Source: an uncultured Spirochaetota bacterium
Lineage (GTDB): Bacteria; Spirochaetota; Spirochaetia; SZUA-6; Fen-1364
NCBI GenBank assembly: GCA_963781885.1
Contig: CAWAHW010000002.1
Coordinates: forward strand, 1,408,001 to 1,472,000
DNA: 64,000 nt
Reading direction: 5' to 3'
Of the stretch, positions 9,106 through 19,527 are shown piece by piece. The notes under the pieces were generated by a model, which searched no databases, was not told the DNA's origin, and saw only the letters and a program-made list of their open reading frames with translations. The stretch's first letter is position 1. The number at the start of each line of letters is the position of its first letter. Both the position numbers and the translations under genes were made by a program.

Positions 9106-9156
9106 GCACTGGCAATGCGCGATCTATTCCGCTATAGTACCGCCTGAGGAAACAAC

Positions 9157-9768
9157 ATGCACAAGATAGCTGCACTCTGCGTCGCTGTTCTGCTTTTGGC
9201 GTCTTGTGTGGGAATCGACAGCACGCTCACGATCCACGACAACGGATCCGGTACCCTTGACCTGTCCTACAGGGTTTCCCAATCCGTCGCCCAGCTCGGT
9301 CTGTCGACCGCGGGAAAACCCGTCATTCCCCTTCCCATCTCGCGCTCCGATTTCGACAGGTCGCTTGCGCCGACAAACGGAAAGGTGAAGCTCACAAAGT
9401 TCGAACGGACGGAAAATGAGAAAGACATTACGATTAATGCCCAGCTTTCATTCGATTCCCTGGATTCCCTGTCGCACGTGGCGGCTTTTCACGACTCCGA
9501 CTTGAAGGCCGGTACGGACGGGTCGCGCAGGACCTTTTCCCAGGTGATCGGACGCGCCCTTCCCACGCCTCTCACCGACGAGACAAAGCGCATGATCGAA
9601 GCTCTGTTCACGGGCTACGATCTGTCTTTCACGGTCAAGGCACCCCGCGCTATACAAAGCACGAGCCTTGGCGCCCTTTCCGCCGACAAGCAGTCGGTCA
9701 CGTACAAGGTTTCAGTCATCGATGTTCTGGAGACAAAGAGCGATCTGGTCTTGACCTTGAGCTGGTAG
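9157..9768 (+). CDS. Putative lipoprotein
   Basis: Lipobox LLLASC; GAGG SD; upstream TGGCAA-N17-TATAGT. Confidence 0.75.
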   Translation: MHKIAALCVAVLLLASCVGIDSTLTIHDNGSGTLDLSYRVSQSVAQLGLSTAGKPVIPLPISRSDFDRSLAPTNGKVKLTKFERTENEKDITINAQLSFDSLDSLSHVAAFHDSDLKAGTDGSRRTFSQVIGRALPTPLTDETKRMIEALFTGYDLSFTVKAPRAIQSTSLGALSADKQSVTYKVSVIDVLETKSDLVLTLSW

Positions 9769-9884
9769 TGGATGGCCTCAACGAGGACGAGCTTGGAGAG
9801 ACCAAGAGGCTGCATAAACCAATTTCTCATGTTGTACGATTATTGGGACGAATGTTCCTGGGCACAAAGCGGAGATGAATCCTG

Positions 9885-10787
9885 ATGTGGCGCGTGCGAG
9901 CGCTGGTCGTCATTATTGTCCTCGCCTCGCCTGGTGCTCTATTTGCGCAGAATAAGCCAAACCAGAGCTGGCTGATGTTTGAGCAAGGAAACGCGGCCGC
10001 CGCGCGCAAGGAGTATGGACTTGCGCTTCAACTTTACAAGGAAGCCGTATTAAACGCAGGACCATTCCCAGAAGCCGAGGTGGCAATTGGCGATGTCTAC
10101 ATGGAGGAGGGCGAGGTTGACTTAGCTTCGGCTCAGTATCAAAAAGCATACACATTAAGAAATGCCTTTTATGTTCCAGATATGCAATATACTGTCCTGT
10201 ACAAGCTCGCTCACGTATATGAAGGTCAGGGTCTCTACAAGCAGATGGAGGACGAGCTTGTAACCATCGTGAATGACGACAAGAGATTTTCCGAAACAGA
10301 AACCTTGCGTCTCCGCACGCAAATCGAAAAGAATTTCTTTGACAAGGGTTTGGACAGGGTACTCATTCTCTATCGATACTCTGACACCTTCGCCGCCTCT
10401 GCGCATTCCCAGCTCGGCCTTTTTTATTATCGAACAGGACGTTATGCGCAGTCCGCGTCTCATCTGCTTTTCTCTGCCTTATACCGCATGAGCGCTATGG
10501 AGCAGTTTCTTGCCGACCGGGACGTGGATTACCAGTATTCGAGCTTGGATAGCATGATTGTTGAGATCCAAAGGAATGCGGATCTTTTGCGATACGCAAA
10601 CGACGCGCAGCTTTTTCGGGACCTCTACTATTTGGCCGGCTCTACATTTGCTCTTGGCTATCCCGAGCGAGCCGCGTCTATTTGGAAGACGCTTTCCCTT
10701 GCAGATGTCGCGGGCAGCTTCAAGCAGCTTTCACTGAAGCAGCTCAAGTCTCCCTCAACGGAGCCCTTGCTGAACATTTCTCCGTGA
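9885..10787 (+). CDS. Exported TPR-containing protein
   Basis: Signal peptide (ALFA/Q) and TPR-like helices; visibly AT-richer codons than flanking genes. Confidence 0.75.
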   Translation: MWRVRALVVIIVLASPGALFAQNKPNQSWLMFEQGNAAAARKEYGLALQLYKEAVLNAGPFPEAEVAIGDVYMEEGEVDLASAQYQKAYTLRNAFYVPDMQYTVLYKLAHVYEGQGLYKQMEDELVTIVNDDKRFSETETLRLRTQIEKNFFDKGLDRVLILYRYSDTFAASAHSQLGLFYYRTGRYAQSASHLLFSALYRMSAMEQFLADRDVDYQYSSLDSMIVEIQRNADLLRYANDAQLFRDLYYLAGSTFALGYPERAASIWKTLSLADVAGSFKQLSLKQLKSPSTEPLLNISP

Positions 10788-10984
10788 GGACTTTGGCCCC
10801 CCTTAAGAAATACCCTCTTAGTAGACAGAATATTTATTATCGGAAGTTGGAAAATTGCCAAAACGGCCCTTTAAGGCATTACCCTTTAGACCACTGCCAT
10901 CATTCACTTTGAAGTGCGTTTCTGCCTTGGGGCCGATTAGAGCGATCACCTCCGCCAGAGATTTTCCGAGCTTCATGCATTTGA

Positions 10985-11185
10985 CTATCCGCCCAATATC
11001 TCCTGCACCCTTCCCACCTCCCCTGTTTCCAGGCGCACCTTGATTCCATGTGGATGCGTGGGTGAGCTCGTGAGAATGTCACGGACGACCCCGGTCGTCC
11101 TGCGGCCCGTCCTCTGATCCTCTTTCTGGACGATGGAAACCCTGGCTCCAGGGGAAATGTTCGCTCTGACATGTCCGTCGCTCAT
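10985..11185 (-). CDS. YwbE (DUF2196) family small protein
   Basis: VQKEDQRTG...GVVRDILTSSPTHPHGIKVRLETGEVGRV. Confidence 0.85.
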   Translation of the reverse strand: MSDGHVRANISPGARVSIVQKEDQRTGRRTTGVVRDILTSSPTHPHGIKVRLETGEVGRVQEILGG

Positions 11186-11195
11186 GCTCGTTTCC

Positions 11196-11474
11196 TCAGC
11201 GTGGGTAGCTCGCTTTGGAGAGCAACCAGATCATCAGGAGCGATGTAGCGAGCGCGGCAAAGACATTCACGGAGTTCACATCGGCAAGGTACTGGATGAC
11301 CTTTGTGAAAAGCTGGTCGATCAGGCCGCCGAGGAATGAACCCACCAGGCCGACAATGACTGCGCCCCAGAGCTTTCCCAGCACCGGCTTCTTCACAACG
11401 AAGAAGAAAAAGACGGCGGCCGCCACGCCAATTGTCACATACGTAAGCCCGACCTTGAAATAATAGAACCACAT
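11196..11474 (-). CDS. Small 3-TM membrane protein (GlsB/YeaQ/YmgE-like)
   Basis: IVGLVGSFLGG motif; three hydrophobic segments; AGAGG SD. Confidence 0.65.
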   Translation of the reverse strand: MWFYYFKVGLTYVTIGVAAAVFFFFVVKKPVLGKLWGAVIVGLVGSFLGGLIDQLFTKVIQYLADVNSVNVFAALATSLLMIWLLSKASYPR

Positions 11475-11487
11475 GCCGAACCTCTTT

Positions 11488-12214
11488 CTAGTTTACTTGA
11501 ACGTAGAGATACCCGAGATAGACGGGCGTCGACCAGGTCGGTGTCGTCCCTCCGGCCAGGCCATAGCTCATGACATACATCGCGAGGTAGGCCGAATCCC
11601 CCATTTGCGCTCACGCAATTGGAAAAAAGCTGAACGCTCATGTCCGTATCCGTGCTTGAGCCGTAATTGGCCTGCCGGACGCTGTTCGGCGCGAAGTTCT
11701 TGCAACCATATCCAAGGTTCGGATCTGCCACGTCCCTCCTCAGCTCTACGGACACAAGAGTCCCGGTTGAAGGCGGCGTATACGAATAATCGGAGAACGG
11801 ATTCTGCGCATTGGGATAATTGAAGAAAGCGTCAACCGTGAAGCTGTCCACGCGCACACTTGTTGCAACGGGAATGACCGGGGATGCGCGGGTGGGAGGC
11901 GAGGTGTCGTTCACGCTGCAAACCGGCAGGAACCCGTTGTTCAAAAGCTGCGAGACCGGGTCGTTGTAGTTGGTGTTGTCATAAGCATTGACGTTTATCT
12001 CGCTTGAGTTTGCATAGAACCGGTAATACAAGTCGAAGCCCTGAAAGGATACGTCCAAGTCGGCAGAATGGTCTGGGTTGACAAAAGCGAAGTTGGTGCT
12101 TGTCTGTGTTGCGACGATCTGCCCCGGCGGCGCAAGGAAATATGTGTCCGGCAGCCCGCACCCTGCCAGAAGCGGCATGAACAGGAGGAAACGAAGGAAT
12201 GAAAGGGACCTCAT
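11488..12214 (-). CDS. Putative lipoprotein with a probable +1 indel near 11592-11600
   Basis: Lipobox LLAGC; the alternative frame gives a protein-like C-terminus AYLAMYVMSYG...TPVYLGYLYVQVN* ending at 11488, which removes the overlap with the next gene. Confidence 0.65.
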
Positions 12215-12219
12215 CCAGT

Positions 12220-14655
12220 CTAGGCTCCGGCCTTGCTCCCGTTTCCTCCGGCCACCGCGACCGGAGGCTCGAGACCGTCCAGCACGTCGACCAGCTCGTA
12301 GATGAGGACCGGCTTGTTCTTGCCTTTCACGCGGATGTTATCCAGCTCGCGGGCGACAACCCTGTCCTTCACCTGCGCGTAGGTGAACTCGCTCATGATG
12401 ATCGTCGACATGTACTGCTTGTTCGTACCCTCCAGACGCGCGCCGAGGTTCACATTGTCGCCCATCAGGGTGTAGTTCATACGGCCGATGGACCCCATGT
12501 TGCCTACCGTCATGATGCCCGTGTTGAGCCCGATCCCGATGGAGAGCCTCTTTTCCGCCGGCCAGCTGGTGTTCATCTTGTTGAGGGTCTCGATCTGCTT
12601 CACCGCGCATTTGCAGGCAAGCAGGGCGTGGTCCGACTCGGGGATCGGCGCGCCCCAGAAGCACATGATTTCATCGCCCACGTACTTGTCCAGGGTGCCC
12701 TTGTACTCGAGGATGAGGTCCGTCATTGCCGTGAGGTACTGGTTGAGGTGATTCACGAGCTCCTGCGGGGAAAGGCTTTCAGAAAGAGTGGTGAATCCGC
12801 GGATGTCGGAGAAGAAGACGGTGATCTCCTTGTCGATGCCGCCCAGCTCGGGAGGATTCTGGAGTATTTCATCGACCACGGCGGGGCTTACGTACTTGCC
12901 GAACATGTCGCGGATGCGGCGCTTGTCCCTCTCCTCGAAGACCGTGCGATATGCCACGACGGCCAGGAAGGAAAGCAGGACCCCGAAGACCGGCGCCGAG
13001 AGCGTGAGGATATAGTCGTTCAGGTCGAATACCAGCAGCACGACGAAGAAGTAGACCAGGATCATGCCCAGGGAGACGAGCAGCGACCAGAGCGTGGACA
13101 GTCGCGAGACCATGAACGCGGTGAACATCACCATCAGCAGGAGGATCAGGATATTCACCCAGGCCGGGGCATAGTGCAGGAAATTGTTCGTGAGGATCGT
13201 GTTGAGCGCGTTGGCGTGTATTTCCACGCCGTACATCAAGCCGAACGGCGTCGGCTTCTGGTCCGAGGCGACGCCCTGCGAAAACGCCCCGACCAGCACC
13301 AGCATGTTGCCCAGCTTCTTGGTATTGGGCCATTTGGCAGGGTCGGCAACCGGCGGATTGGCGGCGTAGCCGGAGAAGGACCGCACGGTGAATGTCTGGG
13401 CTTCGTCGGGATTCGGGCTGGAAGGTGCCCCGACGAAATTGATGAGCATGTTGCCGTTCGCATTGATCGGGATGCGGATCTCGGGGACCGGCTTGTACGT
13501 GGCTTCTTTTACAACGTTTCCGTCGGCGTCCAGCACCGCGGGCTTGACGATGAGCTTGTACGGCACCCATTGCTGGGTGGACAGGTCGAACATCTGCGGG
13601 GACGGGATGATCACGGAGTCCCCCAGTACGATCTTGATGTCGGCAAGGGTTTTGTGGAAATAGTCCAGCGCGAGGACCAGGTCCATGGAGGGAATGAGCT
13701 GGTCGCGATACTTGTCTACGACATAGTAATACTTCATGTTCTGCCCGTTTCCGTTGACGTCTTCCGCCTTCAGGGGGGCGCTCTTCTGCATCTGCTTCCG
13801 CAGGCTGTCCAGGACGCCGCGCGTCAGGGGATAGGGCACGTCGTGCTCGATATTGTTCTTGTCGACCCACGCCAGCCGCTCGAGATTCCCACGGTCGATC
13901 GGCTCGTCCACGGTCAGATCGTCAAGGGGTATCTCCTTTACCATCTGCTGAACCTTGCCGATCAGCGGGAGCTGACGGAAGACCTGGTCGTCGTCGCTCA
14001 GGAAATTGGCGTGCCCGTACTGGTGGGCCGCCCTTCCGTAAGGCATGAGCGGAGGGGTGTTGCCCTTGAAGGCGCTGATCTTTGTCCAGTCGCCGACGAT
14101 GTTGGTGACCTTGCCGAACTGCTGGAACAGGAGGTCCTGGCGCGCCCGGTATGCTTCGTCCACGCTCGCCGGGTTGTTCTCATCGTTGAGGACCGTTTCC
14201 AGAAAAACGCGGCCGCTCGCCTTGATGCCGTCGAGGAACTGCGTGTCCTCCACGGCGGTCTTGTCGGGATCGGCGAAGAAGACGTCGAGGAAGACAGCCT
14301 GCTCACGATCCGCCTGGTTCTTGATGCGCGAGAAGCTGTTCAGGAGGTCCGCGTAAAGATGCCGCGGGAACGGCCACTTGCCCAGCCGCGCAATGGACTT
14401 GTCGTCGATGCCGACGATCAGGATGTCCGGGGATACCTTGCTGCTCTGCTGCACAACCGCCACGCCCTGCTGGGCGCGGTTGGCGGTCACGGCGTTCTTC
14501 ATCCGGAAGTCCAGGTCGAGCATCTTGAGCTCCATGCTCCGCACGATGATGGTGCCGAAGCTGAGCGCGAAGAGAATCAGAAATACCACGATGCCGAGGA
14601 CGATTCCGAAATACTTCGTTTCCAGGAATTTCTTGAAGCGATCCTTCTCCGCCAT
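12220..14655 (-). CDS. CHASE2-domain class III adenylate cyclase
   Basis: IVGIDDKS..GKWPFPR, MYGVEIHANA, three TM helices, FSDIRGFT, DKYVGDEIM, YTLMGDNVNLGARLEG (Lys/Thr adenine specificity); GGAGG SD. Confidence 0.93.
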   Translation of the reverse strand: MAEKDRFKKFLETKYFGIVLGIVVFLILFALSFGTIIVRSMELKMLDLDFRMKNAVTANRAQQGVAVVQQSSKVSPDILIVGIDDKSIARLGKWPFPRHLYADLLNSFSRIKNQADREQAVFLDVFFADPDKTAVEDTQFLDGIKASGRVFLETVLNDENNPASVDEAYRARQDLLFQQFGKVTNIVGDWTKISAFKGNTPPLMPYGRAAHQYGHANFLSDDDQVFRQLPLIGKVQQMVKEIPLDDLTVDEPIDRGNLERLAWVDKNNIEHDVPYPLTRGVLDSLRKQMQKSAPLKAEDVNGNGQNMKYYYVVDKYRDQLIPSMDLVLALDYFHKTLADIKIVLGDSVIIPSPQMFDLSTQQWVPYKLIVKPAVLDADGNVVKEATYKPVPEIRIPINANGNMLINFVGAPSSPNPDEAQTFTVRSFSGYAANPPVADPAKWPNTKKLGNMLVLVGAFSQGVASDQKPTPFGLMYGVEIHANALNTILTNNFLHYAPAWVNILILLLMVMFTAFMVSRLSTLWSLLVSLGMILVYFFVVLLVFDLNDYILTLSAPVFGVLLSFLAVVAYRTVFEERDKRRIRDMFGKYVSPAVVDEILQNPPELGGIDKEITVFFSDIRGFTTLSESLSPQELVNHLNQYLTAMTDLILEYKGTLDKYVGDEIMCFWGAPIPESDHALLACKCAVKQIETLNKMNTSWPAEKRLSIGIGLNTGIMTVGNMGSIGRMNYTLMGDNVNLGARLEGTNKQYMSTIIMSEFTYAQVKDRVVARELDNIRVKGKNKPVLIYELVDVLDGLEPPVAVAGGNGSKAGA

Positions 14656-14771
14656 CCCGTCCCTCCGCCTGGAAAGAGCAACGTAGCGCGCGGTTTCCCG
14701 CCCATCGGGGCAACCGGCCGCCATCAAGCGTATAATCGTTCAGTTTTCGAGTTTTGTCCACATCTCGGGCG

Positions 14772-14809
14772 CAAAGAAAGGCCCCCTCGATGCTTTGACC
14801 AAAGGGGCC
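14772..14809 (-). terminator. Putative intrinsic terminator after the TPR gene
   Basis: GGCCCCTTTGGT...ATCGAGGGGGCC followed by TTTCTTT on the minus strand. Confidence 0.55.
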
Positions 14810-14877
14810 GATGATAAGCATTGAAATGGGCGGTCGACGCCGGGGAAGGAAAATCCCCGCCCGGCCACGGACCGGTG

Positions 14878-15594
14878 CTACTTGATCTTTCCCAGCACCT
14901 TCAATTCGACCAGACGGTTCTTTGCCAGCTTGTTCCAGAGGCTCTGGCCGTAGTCGGTGTCGATCGATTCATACGTCTTTTGCGCGGAGGCCCAGTCCTG
15001 CTTGCCTTCGTAGAGCCGCGCGGCGTTGAACATGGCGCGCGGGGTGACGGTCGAATCCTTGTACCCCTGGAAGGCGCGCAGGTAGAGGGCAAGGGCGGCA
15101 TCCGCGTCGCCCTTCTCTTCCGCGCAGATTCCGGCATCGAAAAGGCTGATCGGGGCAAGGTAGCTCTTCGGGAAATGGTCCGCGAGCGCCTGGTAGTCCT
15201 TCAGGGCGTCGTCCCAGGACTTGTCTGCATAATGCAGATCTGCGCGCATCAGGAGGCCGCGCTGGCCGCCGTACTGGTGGGGATAGCGCGAAATGAGCGC
15301 GCCCAGCCGGGGCAGGAGGTCCTTTTCCAGCGCCGCCTTCTTTGTCGCGTCGGTTTCCGACTGCCAGGTGTCGAATGCGGTCTGCGTGTCCTCGGCCATG
15401 CGCGTCGAGTCGGCAACCAGCTTCTTCGATATCTCCCCGTAGATGAAATAGCCGACAAGAAAGGCCGCTGCCGCGATGAGGACCACCAGGAGCGCAATGC
15501 GGAAACGATCGACCGTGCGCGCCAGAAAATGGGCGATCCGCCGCCGCATGGGCTCCTGCGGCGTCTGCTGTCCCTGCTGTTGTACTGCCTGCAT
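14878..15594 (-). CDS. Membrane-anchored TPR protein (YfgM-like)
   Basis: Single N-terminal TM helix followed by TPR repeats. Confidence 0.75.
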   Translation of the reverse strand: MQAVQQQGQQTPQEPMRRRIAHFLARTVDRFRIALLVVLIAAAAFLVGYFIYGEISKKLVADSTRMAEDTQTAFDTWQSETDATKKAALEKDLLPRLGALISRYPHQYGGQRGLLMRADLHYADKSWDDALKDYQALADHFPKSYLAPISLFDAGICAEEKGDADAALALYLRAFQGYKDSTVTPRAMFNAARLYEGKQDWASAQKTYESIDTDYGQSLWNKLAKNRLVELKVLGKIK

Positions 15595-17119
15595 TAACGC
15601 TCCACTCCTCTTTCCTTCATGATCCCGAGCTCCTTCACGAGCTTCGACAGGTAGCTCCTCTGGATGTCGAGGGCCTTCGCTGTCCGTGTCTGGTGCCAGC
15701 CATTTGTTTCCAGAGCCTTCGTGATAAAGTGTTTCTTGAATATATTCAACGCCTCGTGGAGCGTCCGCTCCCCGTAGACTTCATCGTCGGCCGCCCGCGA
15801 TCCGGCCAGGGTGAGGGAGTCCGCGCGGATCCTGTCGTCCTGGGCGAAGACGACCGCCCGCTCCACCGCGTTTTCCAGCTCCCGGACATTGCCCGGCCAC
15901 GAATAGGATAAAAGCTGCTCCATTGCCTCATCGCTGAAGCCGGCGAGCTGTTTCTTCATCTCCCGCGAGTGCTTCTGCAGGAAAAACTCCGCCAGGAGCG
16001 GGATATCCTCCCGGCGTTCCCGCAGGGGCGGGATCTGGATGGGAAGCACGCTGAGCCGGTAAAAAGATCCGCGCGGAAGGTCCCCGACGCGACCTGCCGG
16101 GAAAGGTCATGATTCGTCGCGGCGATGATGCGGACATTCACCTGCACCGACTCGCTCGCGCCGATTCGTTCGAATGTCTTCCCCTGCAGCACGCGCAGAA
16201 GCTTTGCCTGGAGCGCGAGGGGCATGTCGGCAATCTCGTCGAGAAAGAGCGTGCCGCCGTCCGCCAGCTCAAATCTGCCGCGCCGATCCGCGATGGCATC
16301 CGTGAAGGCGCCCTTCACGTGCCCGAAAAGCTCGCTTTCAAGGAGCGCTTCCGGTATGGCCGCGCAGTTCACCCGGATGAATGGCCCGGCCCGGCGTGGG
16401 CTGGCGAGGTGGATCTGCTCCGCGAAAAGCTCCTTGCCCACCCCACTCTCCCCCAGGAGGAGCACGGAGGCGTCCGCCTCTGCCGCCTTGCGGGCGATCT
16501 CGAGCTTTTCCTTGATGATCCTGCTTTCGCCCACGAACGTATGCCAGCCTTCGACATTCGTGACCTTGTCCTGCAGAGCGCTGAGCTCGGCCCTCACCTT
16601 CTGAAAGGATTGGGCATTCTGCACCGCGATGGCCGCCTGCGTGGAAAAGATCTCCAGCCACTGCAGGTCCTCCTCCGTGAACTTCTTGCCCCCGCGCTTG
16701 TTGAGGATCTCGATCACCCCGACGAGTCTCTCCTTCACCCGCATGGGCACGGCAAGGATCGATGTTGTCGGGAAGCCGATCTTCTGCGCGATCGCGGGCA
16801 ACCAGCGGGCATCGCTCTGCGCGTCGTTCACGATCAGGGACGTGTTCTTCTCCGCGACCCAGCCCGCGATGCCTTCCCCCATGTTCACGGAATACGACTT
16901 GAGGCTCGCCCCTTTCGGCCCGAGGGCGATTTCAAAGTACAGCTTGTTGTTCTCGGGGTTGACCAGCATGAGCGACGATGCCTCGCCCTCCGTCAGCTCC
17001 GTCGCGGACTCCAGGATCCTCGTGAGCAAGACTTTGATGTCCGCGTAGGTGGAGTTGATCCGCGCGTAGATATCGAACAGGACTTCCAGCTTTTCCCGGT
17101 CAGCTGCAAATCTCAGCAT
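15594..17119 (-). CDS. GAF-domain sigma-54-dependent Fis-family activator, with a 1-nt deletion in the A-run at 16061-16065
   Basis: GAF (GEGIAGWVA), GESGVGKE, ESELFGHVKGAFTDA, FLDEI; one added base restores ADLFYRLSVLPI; WPGNVRELEN and a Fis HTH follow. Confidence 0.9.
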
Positions 17120-17152
17120 GCGCGGATCGCTTCGGGTGAGCCCTCCCCGGGG

Positions 17153-18854
17153 CTACCCCTTGATCTTGTCCTTCAGCATATCGCCAAGGGAGACCGTATC
17201 CTGCTTCGATTCGTCGTGGATGTACTTGTCCATCTCTTCGCGCTGCACGCGCTTCACGTAGTCCTTCAGGGAGAGGGACAGCTTCTGCTTCGCGGGGCTG
17301 CATTCCGTCACGACCGCCTGCACCGCGTCGCCCACCTTGTACTTCGCCATGGCGACTTCCAGCGGCTCCACCCGGTCGTCCACGATGTTCAGCTTGTGCA
17401 CGAGCCCCTCGATGCCGCCCTGGACGCGCACGAAGAAACCGAAATCGGTGATGTTGGTGATTTCCCCGTTGATCACGCTGCCGCGCGGGTAGGCGCGCGC
17501 GATGGATTCCCACGGGTCCTCGGAGAGCTGCTTGACGCCCAGCTGGACCTTGCCGCGCTCCTTGTCGATGCCGATCACCATCACCTCGATCTCATCGTCC
17601 ACCTTCGCGAATGACGAGGCGTTCCTGATCTTCTTGGTCCACGACATGTCGTCCACGTGCATGACCCCGTCGATGCCTTCTTCGATATCGAAGAAACAGG
17701 GCGTAGGGGCTCGCCCGCACGACCTTGCGGGTGAGGCGCATGCCGACCGGGTAGCGCTGGTCGATGTCGTCCCAGGGGTTGGGCAGCACCTGCTTCAGGC
17801 CCAGGGAGAGCTTGCCCTGCTGGATATCGTAGTTGAGGATCTTCGTCTCCACGACGTCGCCGACCTTCAGCACCTCGCGGGGATGCTTCACCTTGCGCAC
17901 CCAGGAGAGCTCGGAGATGTGCGCGAGGCCCTCGATGCCCTCTTCGATCTCGATGAAGGCGCCGAAATCGGCGAGCTTCGTGACCTTGCCCTTCACCACG
18001 TCGCCGATATGGTACTTCTCTTCGAAGTGGTTCCAGGGGTCTTCCGTGAAATGCTTCAGGCTCAGGTTGATGCGGCCGTCCTGCGCCTCCAGGCGGATGA
18101 CCTTCAGCTGGATGGACTCTCCGAGCTTCACGAAGTCCTTGGGCCGTGTCACGTGGCCCCAGCTCATGTCGTTGATGTGAAGGAGGCCGTCGAAACCGCC
18201 CAGGTCCACGAAAGCGCCGAAGGACGTGAAGCTCTTCACAATGCCTTCCACGGTGTCGCCGATCTTCACCTGGCCGAAGAACTCGTCGCGGCGCTTCTTG
18301 ATGTCCTCTTCCATCCAGTCACGGCGGGACACGACGATGTTCGTCTTGCCCTTCGCGTACAGCCGGTCGATGTAGAATGAGGACTTCACGCCGACGTAGT
18401 CGGAGTTTTCGCTGGGCCGCTTCACGTCCACCTTGGAAAGCGGGAGGAACGCGCGGATGTCGTTGCCGAGGTCCACCTCGTAGCCGCCCTTGATCTTGTG
18501 GGCGATGGTGCCCTGGACGGGCTTGTGCTCGTCGAAGGCGATCCGCAGGTCCTTCCAGAATATCTTTTCGTCCGCCTTGCGCTTGGAGACGATGACCTGT
18601 CCTTCGCGGCCTTCCTTGCGGACGAGGATGACGTACACCGTCTCGCCCATCTGCGGCTTCGTATCGAACTCGTTGCTCGCGATCTTTCCCTCTGACTTGT
18701 ATCCCACGTCGACATAGACGTAGTCGTCATCCACCTCGATGACGCGGCCAGGGATCATCTGCCCCTCCTCGATCGGCTGGAGGGACTGAACGTACTGCTC
18801 CTGAAGCTGGTTCTCAGCTTCCGGCGCGAGCTTCTTCTTGTCTTCTGTGCTCAT
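17153..18854 (-). CDS. rpsA: 30S ribosomal protein S1, with a +1 indel near 17694
   Basis: Tandem S1 domains (FGAFVDLGGFDGLLHI, EGIEGLAHISELSW); downstream of cmk; ORFs 17592-18854 and 17153-17662 join if one base is removed. Confidence 0.95.
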
Positions 18855-18856
18855 AG

Positions 18857-19516
18857 TCAGCGTATATCTCCCGGATTATTTCTGCTCACGAGAATAGCTT
18901 CACGTACTCTCTCACAAACTTGTTCTATGGTCAAGAGCGAGGTGTCGATATGGAGGGCGTCCGGGGCGGCAACGAGCCTGCCCGTAGGCTTGTTCCGGTC
19001 CACATTGTCCCTGTCCTGGATGGTCTTCTCGATCTCACCCAGTGACAGGCTGCTCACGCCCTGCTCGTGGCGCCGCGACGCGCGGGTGGCGACGTCCGCA
19101 TCGAGGAAGATCTTTACCGCGGCATCGGGAAAGACCACCGTGCCGATGTCGCGGCCTTCCACCACCGCGTTGCGCCCGGCCGCAAGCTCCCGGAGCCTGC
19201 GGTTGACCACGTCGCGCACGCCGGGAATCGATGAAAGCGCGGCAACCCCGTTGTCGACGTCATCTCCGTGGAGGAGGTCTTCCACGTTGCGGCCATCCAG
19301 CATGAGGTCAGCCCCGGAAAGCTCCAGCCGCGCGTCCTGGGCCGTTTTCTGCACGAGCGCCGGATTATCCGGAGGTATGTCCTTCTGGAGCACCGCAAGC
19401 GTGATGGCCCGATAGAAGCTGCCGGAGTTGATGTACAGAAAGCCCGCGTCCTTTGCCGCCCGGCGGGCGACGGTGCTCTTGCCGACGCCCGCCGGGCCGT
19501 CTATCGCCACTACCAT
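18857..19516 (-). CDS. cmk: Cytidylate kinase
   Basis: AIDGPAGVGKST, VVEGRDIGTVVFPDA. Confidence 0.95.
   Translation of the reverse strand: MVVAIDGPAGVGKSTVARRAAKDAGFLYINSGSFYRAITLAVLQKDIPPDNPALVQKTAQDARLELSGADLMLDGRNVEDLLHGDDVDNGVAALSSIPGVRDVVNRRLRELAAGRNAVVEGRDIGTVVFPDAAVKIFLDADVATRASRRHEQGVSSLSLGEIEKTIQDRDNVDRNKPTGRLVAAPDALHIDTSLLTIEQVCERVREAILVSRNNPGDIR
18906..18934 (-). promoter_or_regulatory. Putative rpsA promoter inside the cmk 3' end
   Basis: AT-rich patch; TTGACC-N17-GAGAGT with extended TG; cmk-internal rpsA promoters are known in E. coli. Confidence 0.4.
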
Positions 19517-19527
19517 GCTCCCTCCAC

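Noticed and set aside
8589-9884. Sigma-54 (-24/-12) promoters in intergenic regions
   Set aside because: TGGCA/CGGCA-like hits lack the required GG-N10-GC spacing
8560-12214. Integrated element or prophage at guaA
   Set aside because: No integrase, no phage structural genes, and no duplicated guaA 3' end (att) seen by eye
14690-14770. c-di-GMP-I riboswitch upstream of the cyclase
   Set aside because: Only a GGTTGCCCCGATGG-like fragment; the GGCAAA/GCAAAG core and P2/P3 stems are missing; the region fits a promoter (TGGACA-N17-GATTAT) better
15594-18854. Pseudogenes or programmed frameshifts in rpsA and the sigma-54 activator
   Set aside because: Single indels in short base runs with no other decay, repeated across the window; sequencing error is the simpler explanation
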